Assembly: GCA_036172245.1 (NCBI GenBank)
Contig: JAYWIR010000023.1
Location: 310,001-374,000, forward strand
Source of the DNA: Raillietiella orientalis
Taxonomy: Eukaryota
DNA: 64,000 nt
Direction: 5' to 3'
Shown: in pieces, positions 23,798-37,299 of the stretch
Numbering within the stretch: the stretch's first letter is position 1
How the letters are laid out: each line of letters opens with the position of its first letter
Program-made: the position numbers and the translations under genes
Notes under the pieces: model-generated
What the model saw: only the letters and a program-made list of their open reading frames with translations
The model's database searches: none
Told to the model about the DNA's origin: nothing

Positions 23798-24739
23798 AAC
23801 CGCGTCCGAAGATTGGAGTTCCAGCCCGATCGGGAGCGACCGCGAACACGAGTTCAGGGACTCCCGCCTCATTTGCCACACCAATCCTGCGGGATCCCCT
23901 TCGAAATGTGGGCGAACTCGGCTTGAACGACGGCCTACTGTTGCATGGCTTCGGGTCCTCCTGAGAGGTGCACCCGGAACCGCTGGTGCGCACACGCCGG
24001 ATTGCGGGATGCGAAAACCCCGGCGCTTCATGTGGGTGCCTTTCGGTGAGGAAGCCCCCGTACGCGGATCAAAGAGCGAGGTGATCTGTAGGGGAGCACG
24101 AGATCCGACACTCTCCACTTTGGCCCCCTTGCAGTTGCGAGCGCTCAGCTTCGAAAAATCTGTTTGTGCGCCTGCGCTGTGTTGTGTGTGTGTGTGTGGG
24201 GGGGGGGAGTGCGTTCGCCAAAGCGCAGTGCAAATGCAAAGTAGCAAGCCATAGAAGGCAGAGAAGCGGAAGTTCTAATTGAACACTCTATTCTGCAGGT
24301 ACGCGCGCGCGCTCCAGGAGGTGGACATCTGGCGTCGCGAGAACGAGAAATGCACGGACGCGTTGATTTTCATTGCCGATTCGTAGCGAGAGAAAGACCG
24401 TGGTCGGAGGGGGCACCGAAAACACGAGCGCACGCTCTCCCTTCAAAGAGCGTGCCATCCAACGTCCAGGAACGTCAGGAACGGTTCGGTGCGAATCCGA
24501 GAACTTTCGCACGCTCGGGATGATGCAGCAACTGCTCCGTTCCCGTCACCCGTTCCGCGCAAACACCAATCAGGACTCGGTCCGAGGTGGGGAGGAAAGT
24601 TATTATAGCAATAATAATGATACGAAAAATAGGAAAAATCACACTAATCAAAATACATGCAAGTGTCGTGGAAACCAAGCACACATACAAACTGAAGGAA
24701 TACGAAATGATTGGCTGGCTCTATATCCCCCCCCCCCCC

Positions 24740-26340
24740 AATAGTCCTCTCTTCATTGGATCTGGGACTGCTCCTCATGCTTGGAGTCACTTCGTGGAGT
24801 TCTGGATGTAATGATGGGGTCAAGCGGGAAATTCGGGATATCTGTCTCCTTTTTCGGAACGTCCATCAGAGGTCCATTCAGAAGCTCCCTCAGAATTCTA
24901 TGGCTGCCGCTGATAAGGAAAGCGACAGTTGCCACAGCTACCGACCTGTACAAGGAAACATTCTCCCTCTCCCTCCAACAGTAAACTCAGTGTTTTCTTT
25001 CTTGTCCTGGAGATTGACGGACTCCCTGGATTCAGGTTCTCCACTGTAGCGTGCAGAATTCATCTGGAGGGCTCCCGACCAGTAGTTGACTCTGGTGCCG
25101 TTCAGGAAACTTCCATGATGGAGAATCCGATGCTTTACCGGACTTTCACAGAGGACTTCAACCCAACTGCAAAGGGTTGTCAGCTCCGTGCAATCCACAG
25201 TTCATCCCATCAGACATCTCTAGAGTTTTCCCTACCCCATATCGCAGTGTTCGGGTCGTTGGAGGTGTCGTCCGTTGAAGCAACACAAGTCGAAACGCTC
25301 CAGACCCCTCCCTCTTCCCCACTCTCGCGTTCCATGCGTTGCGGTCCAGGATTTTGCATTTGCACAACCCGTGTTCTTTTGGTACTTAGTGCGAACCGTT
25401 CGCAATTCTGGGCTGCCAAGCCATTCCTTTCCATCCACGCCACGCGGACCACGTCATGGAATGAGGTGCGGGACCATCATGGTTCCAAGTTTCTTGCTTC
25501 GGGGGACCATTATGAGGTTGTTGCTAAGCAGCCAGGTGAGGTTTTCTGGTCTTTTGATTCCACTGCTCACTTTCCATTCAGTTCAGGCATCAGCTTATCC
25601 GCTCGCTGCTCCATTTGGAATGTGACCGAGGGGTCATTTGTGAGGTCATTTTCTCCAGTTTGCAGGCAATCCGCAGGAATCGTGCGCATCCAGGAGCCCT
25701 GTCTTATGCCTTTCCGCAGCCATCTCCCTCTCTTCGGGGGTGCCTCGTATCTCCTCTTTCTTACATCTGCAACGGAATTTCTGCTACGGCTCTTCTGAGT
25801 CATGTTGCTTCTCAGCATGGGGTAGAAGGCGTCTCCACTCAGGACCTCAGCAGGCGCAGCCGCTTCCCACAAGGCTGTCGGCTCTCCTCTCGATCGAAGT
25901 CTGAGCAGTTGCAATGGGTCCCTTCTTTCTTAGTTCGAACTTTTTGTTCGAGTTTTTTTTTTTTTCTCGCCTCATGATCCCACCATACCTTTTGGGATCG
26001 CCCGGTACGAAGGGGTTCTGTTGCCTGGGGATTCCTGTGGCCAGGAGCATGGATCTCAAGAGATGCTCGGCCAGTTAGATACTGGCGCCTACGCGAAAGC
26101 AATGGCATCTTACTCCGGCGGGAAGAGGCTGGAAGCTCGCCTTCTTCCTGGTCCATCTCGGCAGTTGTCTCCCCGAACCGTTCCAGGCGATGGGCGATGG
26201 GATCGTTCCTACACCTGCTGGACTGCGGTGACCTGGAGGGCATGTGGCGGAGACTCCCTTCGGCGCTCCGCGATTCCCAGGACCCCTTCCCTCCCCCCCC
26301 GCTTTGGACTTGCTGCGGAGCCTCTTCACGCAAGGCAGGC
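24740..26340 (-). mobile_element. Decayed Gypsy/retroviral-like pol fragment (RNase H to integrase)
   Basis: IHAPGH (RNase H-like), TLCSWVEV (~DYFSKWVEA), SARYSGEPESRESVN (~FARYGVPE.I.SDN) and LRELLNGPL (~VERFNGTL), in pol order across frameshifts. Confidence 0.55.
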
Positions 26341-26359
26341 TGAAGACGGGAGCCGTGAT

Positions 26360-28230
26360 TTCACATCCGGGTGAGCCGGGCGTTTATTCTAATATAGGAA
26401 TCGATGGTGCCGATGGCGCACTGATTCCAATTATTACACTAGAAAGAAGGAAGGGGTCGGAGAGATCCATCACGTCCATGAAGGGGGAGGGATGAGAAAC
26501 AAAAACAGAAAATGAAAATAAACCATAACAAGCAACAAAAAAAAAACAAAAATTAGTTGGAGAGAAGGGAAAGGATCACATTTCGTGGTGAATGAGGCCT
26601 TTGCATCCGTTGGAGGATGCCGGCGAGCTCCTCCCTCTCCCTTTCCAGGTGGGGCCACCTCAAAGCCATCTGCAGGAAGTGGATGGCGTTCAGGACAGCC
26701 CCCCCTCGCTCTGGCATCCCTCGGCATTGCACTTCGCCGCGACGACACCGCGCACGCAGCACAGCGTTGCGATTGAGGCTGCAGGCGTTATGGCGTTCCG
26801 CACGAAGAGGAGCCTCAAAGAGTCTCTGGGATCGTCCACGGGGTGAGCAGGGGATGCAGAGAAACGTTCCCACAGTTCACGGAGGACGACACACTGCACT
26901 ATGAGGTGGGGGAAGGTATCCTTCTCTCCACACCTGGCACAGTTCGGCGATGCGCTTCCCCTCGTCCAGTGGTGCCGGTGCGCATTGCACGGAGACCCCA
27001 GTGCAGTACCAGCAGCGCCGCGTGCTGTTAATTGAGGGGAAGCAGATTACTGTCTATGAACACGGGGGGCACTTCCAACTCTTCGGGCTGAATGAAGAAG
27101 AGTTCGCCCCAACGTTCCAGTCCTTTGGAGACGGTGCTTGCTGTTGCCGCGTCAGCCAGCTGACGCGGAGTCCAGCCACCAACAGGCTTCCTGCGGGCCG
27201 AGATCTCGCAGGAAACCTTCCATTTCGCCGATAGGCAGGTGCCATGTACCTCGATAGCGAAGGACACCTCTGCGGCGAAGGGGGTGGCTGCTGGGTAGAC
27301 CAACATGGTCAGCTCACTACCCGCCGCCTCCAGTATTCTTCCGCTGTTCCTCTGAAACTCTCGGCAGCGGGTAACTTCCGACGGGGTCCGGGTGAGCTGG
27401 GCCCACGTCCTCACTTTCTCTTGCCGCCAGGCCGGGATGTTCGCAGGGCGGCAGCGAATCCACGTGTTCGCTCTCACCAGAGCCGCGACACACCGGAGAG
27501 GGAAGCCGCAGGATGGTAGCCGGCGGTGGTGACACGCAAACAGGGTTGCGAGTCCTTCCCACCGACCGCCATCCGGGAGAGCAAACGCGCAGGGGTGCAC
27601 CAAAGGCCAGTCTTCGAAAGTTCAACTGAACTTCCATGCTCTCCAACGTCAGGAGTCCATGTCCTCCGTCGCGGCAAGGAGCACACAAGACGGTCAGAGC
27701 CCTGATTGTTGGCTCTCTTGGGGCCTGCGATCGCTCAAAAGGAGCGATGCGGGACCCGGAGATCCCGCGGCTATGCTTGGATAAAAGGAAACGCCTGATG
27801 GTTGCTCCAGACATCCAAAACAGTAGCGACATACGCTGATCCCGGAGGTTCGAGCACACTCCCGATAAAGGAATGTCCAGAACATCGCAGGTAAACAAGA
27901 ATTAATGGCATCTGCGGCTGATATGGAAGAACGATTCCTGGGAAGGGTACAGCGATTCCTTGGGAAGTATAAACATCAATTCAGATATACAGGAAAATCA
28001 GGTCCTTAGAAGATCCTGGCCTTCCCTCTTGTTCAATCCCTCCGATCTCTCAAAGATACCTTCCTTCCTTACTGATGATAGGAATGCAGCTATGGATACC
28101 CCAGGATTTTTGTTGAGTTTCTGAATTCTCTTTCTAGGGACAGTGAAAACAGGAAGTTGTGAGTTCATCTTCAGATAGGTATTCGGTTCCCTTAAGAGGG
28201 TTCCAAGAGGTCCAGGCGCAACTCACCCTT
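26360..28230 (-). mobile_element. Tx1/L1-like LINE, copy 3 (diverged, longest)
   Basis: CRDGGHGLLTLE, LWERFSAS and MALRWPHL match copy 1. Same AATAAA-hairpin-TGT end at 26360-26388. 5' boundary approximate. Confidence 0.8.
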
Positions 28231-31200
28231 CTTCTGGAGCTGCCATGTTGACATTATTTCATGTCACATTGGATGCTCGCGATTGGTTGATACACATACT
28301 CGGTGACGGTGCGATCAAGAGAGGATGAACAAGGTTCTCCTGCTCGCTTTCGCCGTCCGCGGATGACATGGCAGGGTTGGATGCTGCCGACGATGCGTCC
28401 TTCCGCTTTCTGTCAAAAAAAGCGGCGCTTTGGGTAGACATCAGGTTTTCCAGCCTGTTTCTCTGTTGATTGGCATGGCGCTGCCGCCCTCGAACACTTC
28501 CGGGTTTATTGCCTTGCTAAGCTGCAAACTGTTAAAACTACTGTCCCTAGGAAGCGGTTCGGTTGCAAATCAGTTGCAAAACTCAAAGAACGATTTCAAA
28601 GACTTCATGAGCCATTTTGAGTCTCTTCATGCAATGATCGGTTGCCGAAACATCTCTCCATTCGGACACATGCTCTTCTCCCAGAAAAAACTCTGTCCCA
28701 GGACGATATGCATGCACTGTAAATTCTTTCCCCGCTCGATTCATCCCTTTCTTAGAACTCGGACGGATGTATGGGAATGTCTCTCGATAAACTCTGCCCG
28801 ACGTCTCCCTCCTAGCCACGAATCGCCTCGACGAGATCGAATTGATCGCAGCAACGGTTGCACAAGTCCTCCGCAAGTCCCATTTTTCCTGGAGGAAAGA
28901 GAAAACCAAATCAAAAGCCTGCACCGCTCAACGATCCAATTCCTCCGAGGTCTGCGGTCTTCAACTTCTGAGTAACCTCGTTCTGGTTTCCCAATTTTCG
29001 CTCACGTATGACAAGCTTCAGTGGACCTTATTTGTCCGGATGCCAGCCATGGAGCGAGTGGATGAAGCTGCGCAGTGGGATGCAGCTTCGCAATTGCTAC
29101 TGTCGTCTAACCGGAGAGCGTGCTCTTGCACACTCGAGAGCATCCCGAATTGGATTGGATAGGAAGCCAATCGCATCTCCAACAAAATGTCGCCTTCCGC
29201 TCCTCGGAGGAAAGCTGCCCTCACTTTGCCTGTTGGAAGGATGATCTCAGCTCCTTCCGAGGCGCAGTGCTATGGTATTGAGATCTTGTAAAGGTTTCGT
29301 AAAGGGGCTATTGGAGGTCTCCCACAGTTTTGCCTCTCTCCACCCTCGGGCGCCTTCCCCGCTACGCACGGCCATCGGCTGTCATCTTGAGCAACGCTTT
29401 CCCATACGATGCCTTCTGACGCTTCCTCAACGCTTTCCTGGGCCATCGAAGCGCGTGGAGTACGAAGATGAGGTCCACCCACGATTTGCGGGGGAGAAAA
29501 GAGCAAAAGAAAAACGCCCGTACGATGGCCCAAGTAACGACATGCCATCTGTTGCCTCTATTCCGAACACCTCACTGCCCGATACAACCCCATACTTTGC
29601 CATTAACACGCGCACACACACGGGGACGAGCGTTTCATTTTTTACCACTCACCCACGCTCCATCTACGTGGTGCACATGCACGTGAGGTTCGAGCAGTGT
29701 TGCGTCTTGATGGAAGGGAAAAGGCACGATGGCACCCTTTAACGTGAAACGTTTCCAAGGAGCCGCCTGCACGTCAGCATTTCGCCATAGCATCCAGGTT
29801 CGAATGGAACGAACGCCCTAGCCGCAACTGCCAGAACACAGGCCCTACTGTCAGACGTCGATCGAAGGGCACACTTTCCTGACCCTCCCAGACCTCAGGT
29901 CGGTGTTTGCTCCGGTCGTTCCATTTTCTGAAACGGAAAGCCAGTGGCTGCTCCTTTGCGGATTCGGAAACGGAGCTATCGAATCCACTTCCGTAAAAGT
30001 CTGCATGCTCTCCAAGAGACTGGCAACGAACGAGCGAACGCTACTGCTTCTGCTGCAGGAGCCGCAAGTCCGCGAGGAGAGCACGCCCTTTGGCACTCGG
30101 GCGTTTCCCGAAGTCTCCGAATTCCACGTGCGTCCTCGAGCTAGCAGCAAAGACGGAAGCTTCGTTCCCGAGTCAGAGCAGCGAGCGCGACCAGGCCGTT
30201 CTTTTTCTTCGGCGATCGTTTCTGCGCTTCTGCAGATGTCTTGCGATGCGCCAGAGGCATCTTCCATGCACGTCCTCCACCCAGTTCGCAAGCCAGAACC
30301 CACGAGTGCTGCGATCTCAAACAACAACGAACATCGGCACGAAGGTCCCTGCGATGCGAAGAAGATCGTGGAGCCAAACAGCTTCATCTTCATTGACGGA
30401 AGCAGCGCAAAGACTTGGACGACGTTGACTACTGCGAAGCGAGCAGACGCCGAATTCCAGCTCACCACATACGGGAGCACCATGCACGCCGGCATCCCTT
30501 CCTTTTTGTTCCCCGTGTGCCCGCGTTCGTCCTCGTTGCTTGCTGGAGATGCATCCGCTCCCATCTGCTTTGGCAAACACTCTTTTGCACATTTCGGAGA
30601 AATCGCAAGGGCGACGAGCGGCGCACACGATGCGGTTCGTTCCGGAAGCCTCCGATTTCTCTGCCCCATCTCCTATCCCGTGGCGACCAAACAAAGAGGA
30701 ACAGTTTGCAAGACGAACCCTTTACTGCGGAAGCGGATGCGCCGCCCCAGAAAGTTGCCGCTCCCTGCAGCGATCACGGCTTATCCGGGCAGAGGTCGCG
30801 ACACTTTCCGTACCGAACACGAGCAGCACTTCCTTATTCCACGATCAGCGCTGGCAGTCGAGACAAAAGGGCAAGAAAAAAGGCTGCTGGATGTAATGCT
30901 CCCCTTTCACGGGGGAGCACCGTTTGCTCGGTTGGAAGAGACATCTCGCGAGACGTTCTTATGCGGGAAACTCGGCTGGAAAATGCTGGAAGGCACATCG
31001 ACCTGCACTTGCCACTCGAGAGAAAGACAGGTACCCAGCGGGCGTACGAGGCCCAGCCACGTGGCCGCACGAAGGCAAAGCCTCCCGGCAGCGCCGCCGT
31101 CTTTAGAGACGGGACTCGCACGTGGAGGCAACACGTCAGACTGAGCGTCCAGCGTCTGGTCATTCTCCGCCCTTCCTTATGCAGAGATGCGCGAGTTCGT

Positions 31201-31908
31201 TCCGAGCATCCGGAAAAGCACCGACTCAAATGAAGAAGCTCAGAAATTTTGCACTTCCCAGAAACACTGTAAAAAGATTCCCTTTGCATCTTTGCGCATG
31301 ACGCCGCGTACGCATCCGGAAAACCTGCACCAGCGCGGTGGCATTCCGTGATTTTGTGACAACAACCCCCCCCCCCATGTTATGGCCATCATCGGAAGAC
31401 ACTGCCAACAGCGAAGCTCTTTCCACTGTAACGTACGAAAGCTTGCTTGGATGCTGGATGCTGTGAATGTCGGGACCGTTTATTTTTTTGGTTTTTTTTG
31501 TTCATCTTTTCTATTTTTTATTTGTTCTACTTGTGTATATTTCGAAAAAAGGTCACACAGGCACTAACTGAGGAGGTCCTTATTTCAGAATTAAGGCAGA
31601 AAACAATTTTCTGGCGTGTTCCTTGAATTTCTTACTTCTCATTTAGGGGATGCAAAAGTTCACTCTTACCGACGGGTTTGTTCTCCAAATTTTTTTCTTT
31701 CTTTTTGTGAATGGGGATGCAAGTGCAATTGAATTTCCCAGCATCCTCGGATTAACGTTTTAATTGGCTTGTAAGTTGAGTGTCTGAGTGCCACAATGAT
31801 AAGTATCGACGGATTATGAATTTGAAACCTTCCTCTGATGGATCAAAAGATACACACATTGTACATATGCTGAATTAATGAACGGAATAATGGTGTAGAG
31901 GTACTTCT

Positions 31909-34900
31909 TTATATGTAATGATGAACTTTAAACAAAGCGATAGGATAGAAGGGATTGGGCAGAGAACACAGACTGAGTCCCTTTTTGAAGTCGTTGATGC
32001 CTTCGATAAGACCCGTCTGGAAATTCGTGCTCTCGTGAATTTCAAACATCAAGCAATCAGCATAACTTACGGTTTCACCATCTTGAGCTCTTACGAAAGT
32101 TCTGTTGAGTGCGGAAGGTATCACATGAACGGATAACTTACTTCTTAGCTTGGAATCTTTCTTCAAATATTTCTAAGCGAAAAAGACAGGGAACGCAATC
32201 ACTTGAAGCGAACACAAAATGCACATTACTTCGTAAAACTGCAGCATGTCTTCGCGAGTCAACGCGCCCAGGTCAGCACTTTCCAGGATGTCGCGATTAA
32301 ACTTATACTCGCGGTTGGCAATTTCCGTCCACAGCTTGTTAGATCTGTCGCCAAGTTTTTTGGGTTTTTTCAGCTTTTGCCTACGGACTGCTTCCTTGTG
32401 ATTCTCAAACTCCTCTTCAGACATTTTACTAAGATGCACCTTGGGAAAAGAATTTGCGCTTAGGCACAGCGAACCGTTGATGAACCTACTTGGAACCATT
32501 GCCAGAAGTGTTCTATCCGTTGATCGAGGAAAGTAGCGTCCTTGTCCGATTGAATAGCAACTTGGAGTCCTTGTACGCAGTTCATTCTGCGGACGTTCGA
32601 GAACACAATGTAGCCCAGCTGCTCCTGTGAGACCACATCAGTGGAATAGAAAGCAAGGGCAGCACCTAACCTTGGTGCGCAAGACGGTGTACGCGGGCTC
32701 CCGCACGATCTGAGCAAAAAGCTGCATCAAAGCGTGGTTGGGGCTGCCTTCGGGACTGTACTGATAGTACACTTCGATAGCATGGATTTTGTGAGCATCG
32801 TACGGCAGCGTGTACAGGTGGGAAGACCCTGGTTGCATCTAGGTTACCGCTGTTCCTTCAAAGCTTAGCTACTCACTTTCAGGCAAGATGTACTCCCTGT
32901 AGAGCATGAGCTGTTCCTTTGACATCGGCTTGCTATCACGAAAATTTTCTTGGATTAATTGCAGGACTTTATATGCTCTCTTGTTCGTTAATCAACCAGA
33001 ACATCAGTCTCTGAATCCATAGCCATAAACTCACCTTTTCGTTCACGTTGCCATGAATAAGGCATTCAAGGAAAACATTTTCGAACAACTGTGTCTGGAA
33101 TTGGCGAAGTTTTTCAATGGTGATGCCTGCAATGTACTTTTTGGAGAAATACGTACAGAGCTGGAAAAATTTCTTGCCTTTCAAGGAGCTCAGCATTTCC
33201 AGTTTCGTCCATACTCTTTCCGATAACAGGACGTTCATGTAATAATTGCTTTGGAGGTAAGGCTGTTCCAACAAGAAGTTTGCCAGATTCCTTTCAAGCT
33301 ACGGAGAAATTCCTCAACTCCTACTTCATTTCAACAGTACCTGTTTCTTGAAGACTTCCATGCGTTTAGAGTCAACATGCAAAGACACCATCTTCTCTAT
33401 GATTTTTGATAACAGCACATCTTGTTTGTCACTGTACCCATTAACCGTTATCTGTAAGAACATTATTGAAGTTGTCTCTTTAGTCCCAACCAGCTTTATG
33501 CTGAACTTTCTACTGACCGTCATTCCATACTTGGTTACTTCAACATCGTATGCTAGCCCTGCTAATCCAGCATCATACGTGTACTCGTTAAGAGAATCCT
33601 GCAACAGCGTCGTAAACAGAATGAGCATGCAGGCGTGACTAGGGTCCTTGAAAGAGATGGGACTCTTGATCTCCAGAAACAGGACAGATTTCGGAGAGAG
33701 AAACTCGTTATCTTGCTTGTACCAAAGGTTCAAAAGTGGGGATTCATGAAGCAAATACGGATACAGAGGCAGCTTCTCCTTCTCTGGAGTCAACCAAGGG
33801 AGCGGTGGTGTCGTTAGAGGATACAACTCCAGGTTGTGGGGGATGAACTCGTTTGGACTTGGAAGGAAGAAATTCTTGTGAAGAGGAACGCCGCTGAGAG
33901 CCTGAAAAGTATCTTTGGATGAGCTACTCCTCCACGTGTGCATGCCCATTTCCGAAACGGGGGCGTGACTGCACAGGAATTCTCCATTCGAGCATCAGAA
34001 CGTTTCGGCTTCACGCTGCTGCTGCTACCGCACTTTCTCAAATCGCCCAAAACAGCGGGGTGGGGCGCAGCGAACGGGATGCCTGCCTCTGTTCAGCCGT
34101 GAGATATCCAGAAAGGCTCGAAAACCTGTCGTGCATCTTCCGCGCAGAGAGGTGCCGCGGATGACGGTCAATCGTTGCGCGCACTTGTGCACGCGGACGA
34201 GGGAGCACCACCCATAACGGAACACGAGGAAACCGTCCGCTGCAGAGGTCGTTTGCGCCAAACATTCGATATAAGACCGGAAGTGCCGATTTTTCCCATG
34301 GCGCACTCCGCATCGCAGATTCCGTCGCTCGCGCGGATGTTCGGAGCCGTCAGGTCACACGCGCGTTAACATTTCCACCGAGAAAGGGCGGAAGAACGCA
34401 GCAAAGAAATCGTGCGGATTGTGCGCCGTCATTTCGGCGTGAACACTTCATGGTGAACCTGCATATGCAGTTGTGCGTGCGTGAACACTCTCATGGTGAA
34501 CACCGAACGGCGCTCGTTGCGCAACCGTAGAGAAACTTTTAACTGTGATCTCATTTCCTTGCTGCAAAGGAGCCATCGGAAATTCTGCGCGGGGTGGTAC
34601 TTTCTCTTTCGTTTGACATCGCTCGAATGGACGGGAGCCATTCTCATCCCTATTTATTTTTCCTTTTCTCCCTCTTCCATTTCGCTCAGCTTATTCACTA
34701 CGGTCCTCTTAAGAATGTATCATATGTGCCGGAAGGAAACCATGATCCCGTTTTTCCACAGTACAGCACAAATCTCATCACGCTCGTTTACGCCCCCGTT
34801 CCGTTCCTCTATAACTGAATTTGCTACTTCGGTATCTGAAATAGGAAGCAGAGTTCGATCCAAGCAGAAATACAAAAAACGAGCAGTCGCACGCTCAGCT

Positions 34901-37018
34901 CAGTTCACGATGCTGGAATCTGGTGCGCGTTATGAAAAAAAATCATCTTCGAGGACTCTTGTACGCGGTGGAGGTCCCACATAACCGCGAAGCCCATTAC
35001 TTGCTGCGCGGTAGCTCAAGAAAAAAAACTCTTTCAAGAGGACAAGTTTTTGCATACCTCGATGAAACTGGCATTAAGCTTTTGTTCAGCGTACTGCGTC
35101 TCAAACCATGGCTCCATGAGCCAGACGTGTCCAGAGGTGTTCTGGAACCTCTTGCTAATGACATTGATCCTTCGAAAGATTATTTCCCCGCATGAGATCA
35201 TACGCGAAAACCCATCACGGCTTACCACATGTTACTCGGATTGAGGTAGCTGAGAGCCTTGTCTATCAGATCGATATCGGGCTCATACAGCAGGTAAGTA
35301 CCTGATAACACGTCTCGTAACGGATAAATCTGAAGAGTGATTGTAACTATCGAAAACGGTGCACGGCCTATACCGTCAAGTACTTCGCAGACTCGCGCAC
35401 ATAGGAGATGGGTTCCTCTTTGTCTTTATATTCGAAGTTGAGTCTACGTATTTCTTGAATTTCATCAAAGATCCTCCTTTGGAATCCCTTATCCTTCAGC
35501 ATTGCTATGTACTAAGGCAACAGTTACCATACCGTGACTTGGAATTTGTACCTGGAACACTTTGATTAAGATGTCGTCGATGTGCGCAACACCATCCTCA
35601 GTAAGATCAATAGAAATCGTAAAGGTACCAAATCCTCTCGCTCCCACATCATCCTGTGCCGAGAGCGAAGTAGCCCAACTGGAGACCAATTTCAGTTCCG
35701 ACAAAAGACTTCCTCTTCCTTCATGACCGATTTGATGATTAATGTATGCGAAAGGCTAGAATAAGAATGTCGTTAGCAGTTGGTGTACCAGTGTGGTCAT
35801 CCACATGGACAGCCAAGAAAAAAAAATGCAAAACCGGAAAACCCATCCCCTTACATCAAGGGAGCACCGAGGTTGCACAGCAGAATTTCATGCTCGGGGA
35901 AGCGAGACAGATATTTCTTACGCGAACTTTGTAATGTTCTTGCAGGTCAGGAATGGGGAAATGAATGCGCAGGACGTGTATATCCCTAACTGGAATCATC
36001 GTCAACGCTTTCTTCACTTGTTCTTCACCGTACGGATGATCCAACCATTGCGGAAGAGTTACGTTCTTGTTAGGCACGTGAGAAAAGATTGGAACCACCA
36101 TCTCCTCCAACTCATTTAATGATTCTAAAAGATACCACGGGTGAGAACGGGCTGACCATCCTCGATCAGCACGCATACCTGCACCCAGAACCACGAGGTA
36201 CATGATGTTGGACGAATACCACCTGGCGTGGAAATCCAACACGAGCTTCCTAGGGTCGATGCCCTTTTCTTTGGGAGTGTCCAGCAAGGTTTTCTTGTTA
36301 CCTGCGTGGGAAGAAATGTACTCGCTGGCTTACAGATAACAAGGCTATTAACCTGTCCCAAACTTCCGAAAAGGGTGGTCACGTTTCGAGAAGCTGCTTT
36401 CCAGCTGATATTGCTTCCAGCTGTCGTTTGGAATGTTCTTCTCGTGCTCCAGGTTCACTGCGTTCACCTCCCTTTCGGTCGCATCCTCGTTAAAAAGCGG
36501 ACAAATGAAGAACTGAGAGAATCTAAAGCGGCTTGCTGGAGGCACGTCCTCCAACCGCGACCTCGGCAACGCGGTACCTGTGTATGGTTTCTTTCAGATT
36601 TTGCGGCTGCACGTTGAAATAGAAGTTGGTCAAGTCGGTCGCGGTGTACGCGTTGGAGACGCCTCCGTGCTCCGACAGAAATTTGGAGTAGCCGTTATCT
36701 TCGGGGAATTCTTTCGTCCCCAGGAAAAGCATGTGCTCGCAAAAGTGCGCTAATCCCGGCACGTCGTCGGGATCGTTCATGTAGCCTGCAAGAGCCATGG
36801 GGGTGCAGGTAGGCTCCACCCGTCTTATCCGTCCGCGGTTCTCACCTACTCCCACAGCCATGGCTGCTGCGGCTTGCTCCGTGGTCGGATCGCTTATCAG
36901 CAGCACCGTCATGCCATTCTTCAGCTCCAGACCCCTGTACAGTCGGTTGTCCAATTTGTTGGTGACTATGTCCCGGACTCTCTTCGCCACGCCGTCACCG
37001 CCTCCGGAAAAGGCATTG
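31909..37018 (-). CDS. IDE: Insulin-degrading enzyme (insulysin, M16A metallopeptidase), multi-exon; first exon lies upstream
   Basis: DNRLYRGLELKNGMTVLLISDP, PGLAHFCEHMLFLGT (inverted HXXEH), EREVNAVNLEHEKN, HPFRKFGTGN, GHEG, LWYKQD, DSLNEYTYDAGLAGL, LRTKEQLGYIVFS. Phase-consistent short introns, one 1.15 kb intron (~33904-35056) and one GC-AG intron. Confidence 0.96.
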
Positions 37019-37299
37019 CTGTTGCTGGAAAAGAGCACAAAGTAGAAAGGCAGCCACGCTTCTTTTCGTAAAGACCGCTCGGCGAGTCCATGGCCTGCAG
37101 GCGAGACGCGAGTTGCCATTCCGAGCGAGGGAGCGATCCCCTGCCGTTCCCACGGGCTCGCCATCTCGCGGAAGAACACGGCACGTGTCGCAGGCATCCG
37201 CTCAGCATTCTTCCCGGATATCCAGATGTCTTTTGCGGTTTACGTTTCCGCCCGAGGGGGCACACCTGTTCCTGAAGGGAGGGAGAGCTGGCCCAGGAT

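Noticed and set aside
29903..31144. 413-aa ORF
   Set aside because: GC-rich, open on both strands, no domain or splice structure; treated as spurious.
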